A stretch of 60,683 nucleotides of DNA, counting the filler. It is 4 parts of 4 records of this genome, joined end to end, with 100 filler letters (N's around TTAATTAATTAA, not from the genome) between each part and the next. Parts side by side here need not be neighbours in the genome. Positions count along the whole stretch, not along the records: positions 1 to 20,339 come from DRR723986_28698; positions 20,440 to 45,680 come from DRR723986_28818; 2 more parts are not named here. One strand, 5' to 3'. The notes under the pieces were generated by a model, which did not search any database, was not told the DNA's origin, and saw only the letters and a program-made list of their open reading frames with translations. The translations under genes were made by a program, and so were the position numbers. Every line of letters starts with the position of its first letter. Positions within the stretch are counted from its first letter, which is position 1. Positions 18,325 through 28,700 of this stretch are shown here, one piece after another.

Positions 18325-20207
18325 TTCTGAATCATAAAACCAATCACAACTTCTGATCCTTTCTCAGTAGTTCGATATTGTAATTGCCCATTAATTTGCT
18401 CGATAATTGTTTTGATCAGTTCTGTTCCAAAAGACTCTTGCACGCTTTTAGCATTATACCCGATTCCATTATCTTGATAAGTCAATATTCCTTGACCGTC
18501 TGATTCGATAATTGATATGGCTATCTCCGGATTTACCTCAGAGTTTTGGAAAGCATGCTTGATTGAATTCGTAATCAACTCATTCACAGAAATTCCTAAA
18601 CTTATGATCACTTCCATAGGAAGGTCGTCAAATTCAGACGAAATAATATAATGTATTTTACGATCATAAGACAGGTGTTGAATAGATGCTGTTAATCTTT
18701 CAAAATAGTCTTTTGGGTTAATGCTAGAAAAGGCCTCCTCTTTGTAGATCATTTCATGCACTTCTGCCATGGATTGAATACGATTCACGGCATCTTCAAA
18801 TGCTGCATCAATCACAGGGTTATTTTCATCATAGGCCTGTAATCGCAAGACGCTACAAATAATTTGAAAGTTATTCTTCACTCTATGATGAATTTCTTTA
18901 AGCAAAATTTTGCGCTCGTCAGATTGTTTCTCAAGCAATTCACTTTGTTTTTTCATCTTTCTGTACCTGAACAGCTGCGCAGCAGCAAAAATTAAAGCTA
19001 AGGCAATAAATGCAATGATCCAGTAATTGATCAATTGTTGCCGCTCTTTTTTAGACTTTTCAAGCGCCAAATTCTTTTCATTCTCCTTTTGCGCGATATC
19101 TTTTTCAGACTTATACTGATATTCAAGTTCCTTTCTTGAAGATTCTGCTTTTGTATCTAAACTATAGATTGAGTCTCTTAATCCAACATATTTTTCATAA
19201 TACTCCAATGCCTCCCCTTTCTTTCCTATTTCTTTTTTTACCTCATAGATAGTTTTATATGATCTCAAGAGAGGCTGGATCTGACCAGATTGATTTGCAT
19301 AATGAAGGGCGAAATTTGCATTTTTTTCGGCTTGATCATATTGTTTCGACCTTAATTGAGAAAGCGCCAGTTTGTAATAAGTCAATGAAATCCAATCAAA
19401 AGCACCTTCGTTTTTAAAAATTTCGAGAGCCCTATTCAAGTATTCTATACCCTTGTGGACACTATCCTTTAAAGAATTTGAATAGATTCCACCAATATTA
19501 TTATACGACATGGCTTGTTCAGGCAGGTTTCCTTCTTTCAAGGATAAATTCAATGACTCAAAATGATATTTAAGTGAACTATCAATTTCACCTTTCTGTT
19601 GATAAATAACTGCCAAATTATTGATTGCTGATGACAACAATGCCTTGTCTTCAGTATCATACAATGAATCATGCGCTAACTGAAGAAACTCTTGAGCCTG
19701 ATCAAACTCACCTTGATGAAAGTAATTAGACCCTATGTTTGTATAAATCTCTGCATACACATCTGCCTTACAATGTTCATCTAATACTTCTAGAGAAACA
19801 AAATAATAATCTAACGATTTCAGTTGATTACCATCATTCATTTCATATTTGCCCAATGAATTTAAACCTCTTGCAAAAAATGAACGGTATTGCGTTCTTA
19901 ACTCAATTGATCTTTCAATGGAGAACATTCTGTGATAACAATACTTCATTCTAAAAGTATTGAATTTGAGCCAAACGTTATTATTCTGAATTGATTCTAC
20001 TATTTCGTCTAAAATTTGAAGCTTTAATATCTCATCATCCGATTCATGATAAATGGTCAAAACAGAATCCATCATTTCCATCTCCCCGTTTTCGAAATCA
20101 GAGGTCTTAATAGAATCAATCAGGTAAAACTCTTTATCAAGGAAGTCTTGAGTAGCAGCATTCAAGCTACATAATATGAATCCAATTATGAAAAGTAATC
20201 TATGCAT
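18321..20207 (-). CDS. TPR-repeat sensor histidine kinase (HisKA_2 type)
   Basis: Signal peptide, TPR-like repeats (YTNIGSNY, NNLAVIY, YNNIGGIY), one TM helix, LKEIHHRVKNNFQ, NELITNSIKHAF and DNGIG. Confidence 0.9.
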   Translation of the reverse strand: MHRLLFIIGFILCSLNAATQDFLDKEFYLIDSIKTSDFENGEMEMMDSVLTIYHESDDEILKLQILDEIVESIQNNNVWLKFNTFRMKYCYHRMFSIERSIELRTQYRSFFARGLNSLGKYEMNDGNQLKSLDYYFVSLEVLDEHCKADVYAEIYTNIGSNYFHQGEFDQAQEFLQLAHDSLYDTEDKALLSSAINNLAVIYQQKGEIDSSLKYHFESLNLSLKEGNLPEQAMSYNNIGGIYSNSLKDSVHKGIEYLNRALEIFKNEGAFDWISLTYYKLALSQLRSKQYDQAEKNANFALHYANQSGQIQPLLRSYKTIYEVKKEIGKKGEALEYYEKYVGLRDSIYSLDTKAESSRKELEYQYKSEKDIAQKENEKNLALEKSKKERQQLINYWIIAFIALALIFAAAQLFRYRKMKKQSELLEKQSDERKILLKEIHHRVKNNFQIICSVLRLQAYDENNPVIDAAFEDAVNRIQSMAEVHEMIYKEEAFSSINPKDYFERLTASIQHLSYDRKIHYIISSEFDDLPMEVIISLGISVNELITNSIKHAFQNSEVNPEIAISIIESDGQGILTYQDNGIGYNAKSVQESFGTELIKTIIEQINGQLQYRTTEKGSEVVIGFMIQN

Positions 20208-20339
20208 CAATACAAATTCGGCGCAAAGATGGGGCTTTTGTATAGATTAGAGAAATAATTTTGCAGATAAAATACTGAAATACAGAACTCAAGCTACCTA
20301 GATTTTTCTCTCAATCGTTTATACCCGAATAAGGCGAAA

Positions 20340-20439
20340 NNNNNNNNNNNNNNNNNNNNNNNNNNNNNNNNNNNNNNNNNNNNTTAATTAATTAANNNNN
20401 NNNNNNNNNNNNNNNNNNNNNNNNNNNNNNNNNNNNNNN
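20340..20439. other. artificial contig linker
   Basis: 44 N + TTAATTAATTAA (stops in all six frames) + 44 N. Confidence 0.98.
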
Positions 20440-20467
20440 AAAAGGAGTCCGAATTCGGACTCCTTTT
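20440..20467 (-). terminator. palindromic terminator at the contig edge
   Basis: Perfect 28-nt palindrome AAAAGGAGTCCGAATTCGGACTCCTTTT just downstream of the 20492-21256 gene. Confidence 0.75.
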
Positions 20468-20491
20468 CCATTTATAAAACCAAGAATCGAA

Positions 20492-21256
20492 TTACTTTTT
20501 AGGATACTCTTTTAAGGTGATAATAATTACTCCATTTTCACCTTTTTTACCATAGAGGTCAATGGCAGACTTGTCTTTCAAGACGCTAATACTTTCAATG
20601 TCATTCGGATTAATATCCTTCAAAGCCCCGTGTGGAATAGTAAGGTCTGAATTTTTAGATTTGATAATATAGAGTGGTGCGTTTTCTGAGCTGTTGGTCC
20701 CGCTCAACGTTACAGCTACTTTCGGGCTTGAAGAGTTGGAGCCAATACCTGCAACTCCAAAAAGTGGCTTACCTACTCTGTAGTTAGTGGCATAACCCTG
20801 ACCAGATGTTGATGAGCTAACTGAGTTTTTACCATAACCTATGACACTTACCCCATTCACGGTTTCTATCCTTGGAGACTGCAATATTCCCTGCTGCTCT
20901 GGACTAAGTTCATTTTTGATAGAGACCATTGTGCTAAGCTGTTGCTTTTTCAGTGAGTTTTCAAGCGCTAAAACCTTGTCCATTTGCTTTTGAACCGCAA
21001 CCGCATCGACTTTGGATTCATCCAAAAGCGCTTTTAGTTTTTCTGTGGCATCATCTAGATCCCACTTCATAGCACTGAATTTGCCGGCATTCTCGCTATG
21101 GATTTTTTTGATATTCAAAGCCTGCGAATCGGTAAGTTCTAGTGCCTTTCGCATTTCCATTACTCTATCAGCAGAGTATAGATTTTTCTGAAATAGGTCT
21201 TGTGCAGTTGCAAAATTTGCTGACAGCATAAGACATAGGAAGAGTATATTTTTCAT
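20492..21256 (-). CDS. periplasmic Spy/CpxP/CnrX-like helical protein fused to a SusC-type plug signature domain
   Basis: Signal peptide; LELTDSQ...LSPEQQ (LTxxQ-like pair); C-terminal PLYII...INPNDIESISVLKD...YGKKGENGVIIITLK; no beta-barrel. Confidence 0.75.
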   Translation of the reverse strand: MKNILFLCLMLSANFATAQDLFQKNLYSADRVMEMRKALELTDSQALNIKKIHSENAGKFSAMKWDLDDATEKLKALLDESKVDAVAVQKQMDKVLALENSLKKQQLSTMVSIKNELSPEQQGILQSPRIETVNGVSVIGYGKNSVSSSTSGQGYATNYRVGKPLFGVAGIGSNSSSPKVAVTLSGTNSSENAPLYIIKSKNSDLTIPHGALKDINPNDIESISVLKDKSAIDLYGKKGENGVIIITLKEYPKK

Positions 21257-21266
21257 TTTAGTGTGA

Positions 21267-21578
21267 TTAATATTCAGTCAATAATGAAGCAGTAGGTGAT
21301 TCCCAGGTATCCAGGAATGTACTTTCTTCAATGGTGAAATGTTGATTTTGATTTTCATCCTCAACTAGCGTAATAATTACTACTTCAGGAGTTGTACTTT
21401 CGATAGGAGCAGGCTCTTGGATGAATAGAAATGCGAAGATCATAGACGCAGCAATTCCTGCAGGAATCCAAAACCCGAATTTCCGTGTTTTGACTTCTGG
21501 GAAAGCTGGGATTTCAATTCTCTCATCCTGCTTTTTCATCTGATCAAAAAAACGTTCTAATTGTTCGTCATTTTCCAT
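21267..21578 (-). CDS. small single-pass membrane protein, putative anti-sigma factor
   Basis: Short cytoplasmic N-terminus and one TM helix (WIPAGIAASMIFAFLFI); overlaps the ECF sigma stop. Confidence 0.65.
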   Translation of the reverse strand: MENDEQLERFFDQMKKQDERIEIPAFPEVKTRKFGFWIPAGIAASMIFAFLFIQEPAPIESTTPEVVIITLVEDENQNQHFTIEESTFLDTWESPTASLLTEY

Positions 21579-22062
21579 ATTCTTCTTGGATTTGAACTTT
21601 CGTAATTAATTCCTTGAGTTTCTTTTTCCCGCGATCGTAATGCGTTCTCGCGGTCCCTAGGCCGATCTGAAGGATTTCGGCACTTTGAGCGATGGTCATC
21701 TGATGATAAAAAACCATCAAAATCACTTCTCGCTGCATCTCTGGTAAGTGCTTGATTATTCCTTCATAATCAGTGGCGTCCACTTCCTCAGTAAGCTCTA
21801 CTGGATCGTAGGAATCGGAAAGTGAAACTACTTTTCCAGCTTTTCGAAATTCGTCAATCGCCGTATATCTGATGATTGAAAAAAGCCAAGTTTTAGCTTT
21901 TGATGCATCCTTAAGCTTTGCCTGTCCCTCCAAAATCTTCAAATATGCCTGCTGAAGCACATCCTTTGCCATCTCATCTTCAAAAGAGCAACATTGCCTA
22001 GCCCAGAGGTATGCATCCCTATGGTGGGCTTTTAAGATATGATCAAGCTGGCTGCGATTCAT
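21568..22062 (-). CDS. ECF-type RNA polymerase sigma factor
   Basis: Region 2 AKDVLQQAYLK...KTWLFSIIRYTAIDEFRK; region 4 LPEMQREVILM...SAEILQIGLGTARTHYDRGKKKL. Confidence 0.92.
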   Translation of the reverse strand: MNRSQLDHILKAHHRDAYLWARQCCSFEDEMAKDVLQQAYLKILEGQAKLKDASKAKTWLFSIIRYTAIDEFRKAGKVVSLSDSYDPVELTEEVDATDYEGIIKHLPEMQREVILMVFYHQMTIAQSAEILQIGLGTARTHYDRGKKKLKELITKVQIQEEYGK

Positions 22063-22072
22063 TTACATCCAT

Positions 22073-22101
22073 TAGTCGGGGAATGAATCTAATATATGAC
22101 A
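22073..22101 (-). promoter_or_regulatory. candidate ECF-type (possibly autoregulatory) promoter
   Basis: Minus strand TGTCAT-N17-CGACTA, ending 10 nt before the sigma ATG. Confidence 0.35.
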
Positions 22102-22107
22102 GAGTGG

Positions 22108-22181
22108 ATTGAAAAATTTGAAGATTTTAAAATTGAAAAATTGTAGTGACGAATTTTTCAATTTTTCAATTTTTCAATTTT
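22108..22181. repeat. inverted pair of 8-bp tandem arrays (ATTGAAAA-like / AATTTTTC x3) that can form a hairpin
   Basis: Four degenerate 8-mers at 22108-22139 face three exact AATTTTTC copies at 22152-22175. AAAATTGAAAAATT (22129-22142) pairs with AATTTTTCAATTTT (22152-22165). Confidence 0.7.
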
Positions 22182-22835
22182 GGAATCTCTAACTCTAAAC
22201 AAATACGCCAAAGTAAATTCCAGATTAGTGGAGTTCATGTCGAAAATACGTTCTTGTCCTTCTGGATTGGTGAAGTCATAGGCAAATCGCACCTCTCCAG
22301 TCAAAGTGCTTTTACCAAAAAGTTTGGAAATCCCTGCTCCAGCAGTAAGTCCGTACATGATTTTTCGAGGCTTATCATCCAAACCTCCATATGTTGGGAT
22401 TTCTGCAGGAGAGGCGTTAGAAAATTCCCGGCTGATATCTTTTGCCTGAAGTAGATAGCCTAAATGTGGGCCAAGTTTGATCTGAAATCTCCCTGATTTT
22501 CCAAGAAAAAAGCTGGAAAGCATGGGGATTTTTAGGTAATCAAACTGAGTTTCATTGACTAATTCCGGTTCTATATCTTCATCAGAAACCTGCATGAAAC
22601 CTAAGCTCAAAAACTGAAGATTGACTTCGATTCCGGCATTTTTTGCATTGAAATGTTCAAAAACCAAGGCAAAAGTAGGGGTTCCGATTCCATCAACTGA
22701 AATCCCACGGGTGCTGGGTGTGGGCCGATAGGAATAGGTGGAGGTAGTATAGCCTCCACGGATTCCGACACTTGTTTGCGCAAGTGCAGCTAAAGAGGAT
22801 AAAATGAAAATGCCCGTCAGCAAAACTCTGTTCAT
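22158..22835 (-). CDS. outer membrane beta-barrel protein (PorT/OMP_b-brl_2-like)
   Basis: Signal peptide from the ATG at 22835; alternating strands VGIRGG, DYLKIP, GPHLGYL, YGLTAGAG and LEFTLAYLF. Confidence 0.8.
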   Translation of the reverse strand: MNRVLLTGIFILSSLAALAQTSVGIRGGYTTSTYSYRPTPSTRGISVDGIGTPTFALVFEHFNAKNAGIEVNLQFLSLGFMQVSDEDIEPELVNETQFDYLKIPMLSSFFLGKSGRFQIKLGPHLGYLLQAKDISREFSNASPAEIPTYGGLDDKPRKIMYGLTAGAGISKLFGKSTLTGEVRFAYDFTNPEGQERIFDMNSTNLEFTLAYLFRVRDSKIEKLKN

Positions 22836-22916
22836 GTCCAAAAGTAACTAATTATCGATTTTGTCAGGTTTTATTTAACGTTTTCTCGGATTCACGTGCT
22901 GGGAGGAGATAGAGCT

Positions 22917-22946
22917 AAACAAAAGAGCTCCATATGGGAGCTCTTT
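22917..22946 (-). terminator. intrinsic terminator after gltX and the small ORF
   Basis: Stem AAAGAGCTCC-N5-GGAGCTCTTT with a U-rich tail on the minus strand. Confidence 0.75.
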
Positions 22947-22971
22947 GTGCATTTGGTTAAGAAATTTGACC

Positions 22972-23175
22972 TTAGGATTTCTTCTCCTTTTCATCAGATT
23001 TTAAATCGTCTCTGTCCTTTAATTTTTTGTCCTCCACATTCTTATTGAGAAACTCATTGATTTTGTCAATAGAAAAGGAAGAGGAAATCTCACCAAAGGA
23101 ATTTATGTTCATCTTAAAGCCGTTCAAGTCTTCATGAACCTTAGGGTCTTCGTTTTTCTTTTTCTTCTTTGTCAT
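22972..23175 (-). CDS. small charged hypothetical protein downstream of gltX
   Basis: 67 aa, 11 nt after the gltX stop; segment PKVHEDLNGFKMNINSFGEI...IDKINEFLNKNVEDKKL. Confidence 0.7.
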   Translation of the reverse strand: MTKKKKKNEDPKVHEDLNGFKMNINSFGEISSSFSIDKINEFLNKNVEDKKLKDRDDLKSDEKEKKS

Positions 23176-23186
23176 AGCTTATGTAT

Positions 23187-24725
23187 TTAGCCGATTACTT
23201 CTAGAGTAGCTAACGCAAATCTGATTCGCTTGGCCACTTCTTCAGTCCCTAAAATAGCAAAAATCTCCATCAAATCAGGCCCTGCACCTACACCAGTCAC
23301 AGCCAAGCGAACCGCTTGCATTGATTTTCCTAATTTTAGTTCTTTTGCTTCGGCAGTTTCTCCAAGCAAAGCTTTAGCTTTTTCTGCATCGAAATCACCA
23401 GTGTACCCTTCTAGTGTCTCTGCATACGCAGTTAGGATTGTCACCGCATCAGCATTCCATCTTTTGCCTGCAATATCCTGATCAAATTCCGTAGGAGCTT
23501 CTACCACGAATCTACTTCCTTGCCAAATTTCGGCAGGGAAAGTCACGCGCTCCTTCATTAATGCTACCAAAGCTTCGGCTGTGTCCTGAATAATAGTTAC
23601 TCCTTCTTTAGCTGCATCTGCAATCACATAGGGTGCTAATTCTGCATTTGATTTTGCTCTCAAATATTGCTCATTGAACCACTTTGCTTTCGCGATATCA
23701 AACTTAGTCCCTGACTTACCGATTCGCTCTACTGAGAAAGCTTCGATCAATTCTTCCAAAGAGAAAATTTCCCGTTCATCGCCTGGATTCCAGCCAAGGA
23801 ATGCCAAGAAATTCAAAAAGGCATCTGACAAATAACCTTGCTCACGGAAGCCAGCTGCCGTATCGCCATCTACCTTGTTTTCCCAATTCAGTGGGAAGAC
23901 AGGAAATCCTAGCTTATCACCATCACGCTTGGAAAGCTTTCCATTTCCGTCTGGCTTTAGCAAAAGAGGCAAATGAGCAAACTCAGGCATCGTATCTTCC
24001 CAGCCAAAGAATTTATAGAGCAATACGTGTAAAGGAGCTGAAGGAAGCCATTCTTCACCGCGGATTACATGGGTGATATTCATCAAATGATCATCGACGA
24101 TATTTGCCAAATGGTACGTTGGCATCCCGTCAGATTTCATCAATACTTTGTCATCTAGCGTAGCAGACTGCACCATCACCCAGCCACGGATCATGTCATT
24201 CAGGCGTACTTCCTCCTTGCGTGGGATCTTCACACGGATCACATAGGGTTCTCCTGATGCCAATCTTGCCTTCACTTCTTCTTCAGGAAGTGTCAGCGAG
24301 TTTTTCATCTGCGTTCTTGTGATACTATTGTACTGTGGCTGAACTACCCGAGCCGCAGTCAGCCGCTCACGCATGGCTTCAAGTTCCTCAGAAGTATCAA
24401 AAGCATAATAAGCGTGTCCAGCTTCTACTAGATCAAGCGCATATTGCATGTAGCTTGGCTTGCGCTCAGACTGGCGATAAGGAGCGCAGTCGCCGGGATT
24501 CCATGGGCTTTCGTCCGGAGAGATTCCCAGCCATTCCAGTGATTCTTTAATGTAATCTTCCGCTCCAGGTACAAAGCGAGTTTGATCTGTGTCTTCTATT
24601 CTTAGGAGAAACTTACCACCCATTTTTCGGGCAAAAAGGTAATTGTAAAGTGCGGTACGTACACCGCCTATATGTAAAGGCCCCGTCGGTGATGGAGCGA
24701 ATCTTACGCGAACTTCTCTACTCAT
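23187..24725 (-). CDS. gltX: glutamate--tRNA ligase
   Basis: RFAPSPTGPLHIGG (HIGH motif), RIEDTD, HVIRGEEW and KLSKR. Confidence 0.97.
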   Translation of the reverse strand: MSREVRVRFAPSPTGPLHIGGVRTALYNYLFARKMGGKFLLRIEDTDQTRFVPGAEDYIKESLEWLGISPDESPWNPGDCAPYRQSERKPSYMQYALDLVEAGHAYYAFDTSEELEAMRERLTAARVVQPQYNSITRTQMKNSLTLPEEEVKARLASGEPYVIRVKIPRKEEVRLNDMIRGWVMVQSATLDDKVLMKSDGMPTYHLANIVDDHLMNITHVIRGEEWLPSAPLHVLLYKFFGWEDTMPEFAHLPLLLKPDGNGKLSKRDGDKLGFPVFPLNWENKVDGDTAAGFREQGYLSDAFLNFLAFLGWNPGDEREIFSLEELIEAFSVERIGKSGTKFDIAKAKWFNEQYLRAKSNAELAPYVIADAAKEGVTIIQDTAEALVALMKERVTFPAEIWQGSRFVVEAPTEFDQDIAGKRWNADAVTILTAYAETLEGYTGDFDAEKAKALLGETAEAKELKLGKSMQAVRLAVTGVGAGPDLMEIFAILGTEEVAKRIRFALATLEVIG

Positions 24726-25013
24726 GGATGTTTAGGTCGATACCCTCGCCAGTAAAGGTTAGGGCATGTTTTGATTTTGTGATCGGGGGCAAAGATAGGA
24801 AAATGTTTGTGTATGAAGGGAAGTGTAGAATGGGCTGTGGAACAATTCATTTTGAAAATCGAGGAATGCTTATAACTTAAATTTTGTGAATAGTTTTTAG
24901 CTTATCCAACCAAAACAGCAAATTAGACCCATTAAAATTAGTTAGCCAGTGTTAATTTGAGGTGCTTTTCCGAGCGCTATCAATGGTCTTTTGATATCAA
25001 ATAAGATGATTAT

Positions 25014-25556
25014 ATGTCTAATTTTCAATCCATAAGTGTAGTAATTGGACTTCTTGTTTTTACCTCATTTTTCAAGGCAGAAAAAGAGAAGGTTTTTGTT
25101 ATCATCGACGATTGTCAACAATGGGGAAAGCGTAGACCAATTGATGAGCAGTACTTCTCTATAACTACCAATAAAGTATGGCTTTCTTCCTCCTATTATT
25201 CTTATGATGAACAGGATACGTTGGCATCGGTTCACCTCTTTAATGGGGATATTGACTTGAATCCTCCTGAACTTTTGGAAATGTCTCTTGCTGAAATGTT
25301 AAATTCCGGTGTTCAATTTTCGTCTGAAATTGGCGTCGAAGAGTGGAGTACTTTTAATTCTGAAGGCTCAGAGCTTTATATTATTCTACCGGAGGATTTT
25401 TGTTCTGAAAAGAAATTCTTGCATTCCACTAATTTTACCCTTTATAAAACCAGAGTTAGAGTAGATTATCCCGGTCCTGAATGTGTTCTTATTGATGACC
25501 CCATGCGGTTTTTCCCTAAAGATACAAGTCGGAGAAATAGGGACCCTAACAAATGA
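25014..25556 (+). CDS. exported hypothetical protein
   Basis: 180 aa with a hydrophobic N-terminus; no recognised motif. Confidence 0.55.
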   Translation: MSNFQSISVVIGLLVFTSFFKAEKEKVFVIIDDCQQWGKRRPIDEQYFSITTNKVWLSSSYYSYDEQDTLASVHLFNGDIDLNPPELLEMSLAEMLNSGVQFSSEIGVEEWSTFNSEGSELYIILPEDFCSEKKFLHSTNFTLYKTRVRVDYPGPECVLIDDPMRFFPKDTSRRNRDPNK

Positions 25557-25706
25557 TTGGGTGCCTTTTTTGTACCAAAGCATTCATTCTGAACTCTTAT
25601 TGACTTCAGATGTTAATTAGCAGGGAAAAGCTGCTTAATATCAATCGTTGGAAATCATAAAGCACTAACTTTACCCCACCAACCTAAGTATTAAAACCAC
25701 ACGCTT

Positions 25707-28700
25707 TTGGATCGTCAGGACTTTCTTTCCATATATCAATCAGACCCTATTTTTCAGACTATCGCCCATGAGATATCAAGTGGCGAAAAGCTTACCTATC
25801 AGATAAAAGGGCTATCTGGAAGTTTGGATATGGTGTTGTTTTCAGCGCTTTATCAGGCCAAGGGTGGTTTTCATTTGATCGTGGCTCAGGATAAAGAGGA
25901 AGCTGCATACCTCAATTCGGATCTTCAGAATTTGCTGAATACGGAAGAGCATATGATCTTTCCTTCCAGTTTCAAGCGCGCATATCAATACGAGGAAATC
26001 GACAATGCCAATGTGCTGATGCGCTCGGAGATTCTGAATCTGGTGTTGGAGGAAAAGGGAAAATCACGCATCATTATCACTTACCCGGAAGCAATCTACG
26101 AGCGGGTGATTAACAAGCGCTCACTTTTGGAGAACACCTTTTCTGCCAAAGTAGGGGAGCAAGTCGATATGGAATTTGTCTCGGAAATTCTGGCCAGTTA
26201 TGATTTTGAGCGGACTGAGTTTGTCTATGAACCTGGGCAATTTGCTATCCGTGGCGGTATTCTAGATGTATTTTCCTTTTCTAATGAGCATCCTTATCGA
26301 TTGGAGCTTTTTGGGAAAGAAATAGAAAGCATCCGGACTTTCGATCCGGAATCCCAACTCTCCATTGCCAGCGTAGATCAAATTGCACTGATTCCAAATG
26401 TTCAAACCAAACTTCTTCAGGAAGTAAGGCAGTCCTTTTTGGGATTTTTGCCTGAGGAGACGATTATCTGGATCAAAGATTATCAACTGACACTTGATGT
26501 AATGGACGAATGTTTTCACAAAGCTTCTTTGGCTTTTGATCAAATCGTCAAAAAAACAAATAATACAAAAACCGTCCTCGGTCCTGGGGATTTGTTTGAT
26601 AAAGGATCCGACTTCGCGACACTTTCAACCAATTTTTCAAGAGTAGAATTTGGCAAGCAGTTTTATCTGAAAAATGCTAAGCAATCCTCTTGGGAGTCTC
26701 AGCCGCAGGCTTCTTTCAATAAGAATTTTAACTTGCTGGTTACACAGCTTTCAGAAAATGAAAAGAAGGGTTTTGTCAACGTTTTGACCGCTGAAAATGC
26801 TAAGCAAATCGATAGGTTGCTGGGTATTTTCAAAGAGTTAGATCCGACTTTACAAGTCCAAAGTATGCTTCTTGGCTTGCGCGAGGGATTTGATGATAAA
26901 CAATCAAAAATAGCCTGTTTCACAGATCATCAGCTTTTTGAGCGTTTTCATCGCTATAAAACCCGAGATAAAGCCAGTAAATCCAAAGCCCTTACTATCA
27001 AAGAGCTGAAAGCACTACATCCTGGAGACTACATTGTTCATGTTGATTATGGTGTAGGTCGATTTGCTGGTTTGGAGAAAGTGGATGTAGCAGGCAAAAT
27101 GCAGGAAGCGGTTCGCTTGATCTTCAGAGATGATGATTTGCTTTATGTGAATATTCACTCTTTGCACAAAATCTCAAAGTTTTCCGGGCAAGAGGGTACA
27201 GTACCTTCTATGTCTAAGCTTGGATCTCCGGATTGGGAAAACAAGAAATCCAGAGCCAAAAAGCAGGTCAAAGACATTGCAAAGGACCTGATTGCGCTTT
27301 ATGCCAAAAGAAGGTCAGCGGCAGGATTTGCTTTTAGTCAAGATTCTGTTCTGCAAATTGAGTTGGAATCTTCTTTTATCTATGAGGATACACCTGATCA
27401 GGCTTCCGCTACACAAGATGTAAAATCGGATATGGAAAAATCTTATCCTATGGATCGCTTGGTTTGTGGAGATGTGGGATTTGGAAAAACTGAAGTAGCT
27501 ATAAGAGCAGCTTTCAAAGCTGTAAATGATAGAAAGCAAGTTGCCATTTTGGTCCCAACGACCATTCTTGCCATGCAGCATTATCAAACTTTTAGTGAGC
27601 GATTGGAGAATTTCCCTGTGAAAGTGGAGTATATCAACCGCTTTCGCACTGCAAAAGAAATCAAGGAAATCATCGCTCAAGTAAAAACCGGAGAGATAGA
27701 CATCCTTGTAGGTACTCATAGGATTGTCAATAAGGATATTGAGTTCAAGGATTTGGGTTTGTTGGTGATTGATGAAGAGCAGAAGTTTGGAGTGAAAGTG
27801 AAAGATCAGTTGAAAAATCTACGCCTGAATGTGGATGTATTGACTTTAACTGCCACACCAATTCCTAGGACATTACATTTTTCCCTCATGGGAGCCAGAG
27901 ATTTGTCTGTGATCGCAACACCTCCTCCAAATCGTCAACCCGTCACCACCGAAGTTCAAACCTTTCAGGAAGAAGTGATACGGGATGCTGTTTCGTATGA
28001 ACTGAGACGTGGTGGGCAAGTTTTCTTTGTTCATAATCGAGTGGGTGAAATTGATTCCATTGCCAATCTGATCATGAAATTAGTGCCTGATTCCAGAGTA
28101 GTTGGTGCTCATGGTCAGATGGATGGGAAAAAACTGGAAAAGGTCATGGTGGATTTTATTCACCACGAATACGATGTGCTGGTGTCTACTAACATCATCG
28201 AATCAGGTCTTGATATCCCGAATGCCAATACCATTATTATCAACCGCGCCCATATGTTTGGAATGAGTGATTTACACCAGATGCGCGGACGAGTTGGACG
28301 TAGTAATAAGAAAGCATTCTGCTATCTGCTAACGCAGCCTATGTCTGGCTTGACCGCAGAAGCAAGGAAACGTATGCAAACGCTGGAAGAATTCTCGGAT
28401 CTTGGAGATGGATTTAAGGTGGCTATGAAGGATTTGGATATTCGAGGAGCAGGTAATTTACTTGGAGCTGAGCAAAGTGGATTTATCACTGATTTGGGCT
28501 TTGAAATGTATCATAAGATTCTCGACGAAGCAGTTCAGGAATTAAAGGAAAATGAATTTGCAGCATTATTTGAGACTGATTTAGCTGAAAAAGTGAAGGT
28601 GCTAGTTCAGGATTGCACGATTGAGACAGATCTTGAATTGTTGATTCCGGAAGAATACGTGGGGAATATCAGTGAGAGATTAGGCCTGTATTCAAAACTG

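Noticed and set aside
20384..20395. TTAATTAATTAA recurring three times as a possible repeat or att site
   Set aside because: It is always centred in 44+44 N, so it is a synthetic six-frame stop spacer.
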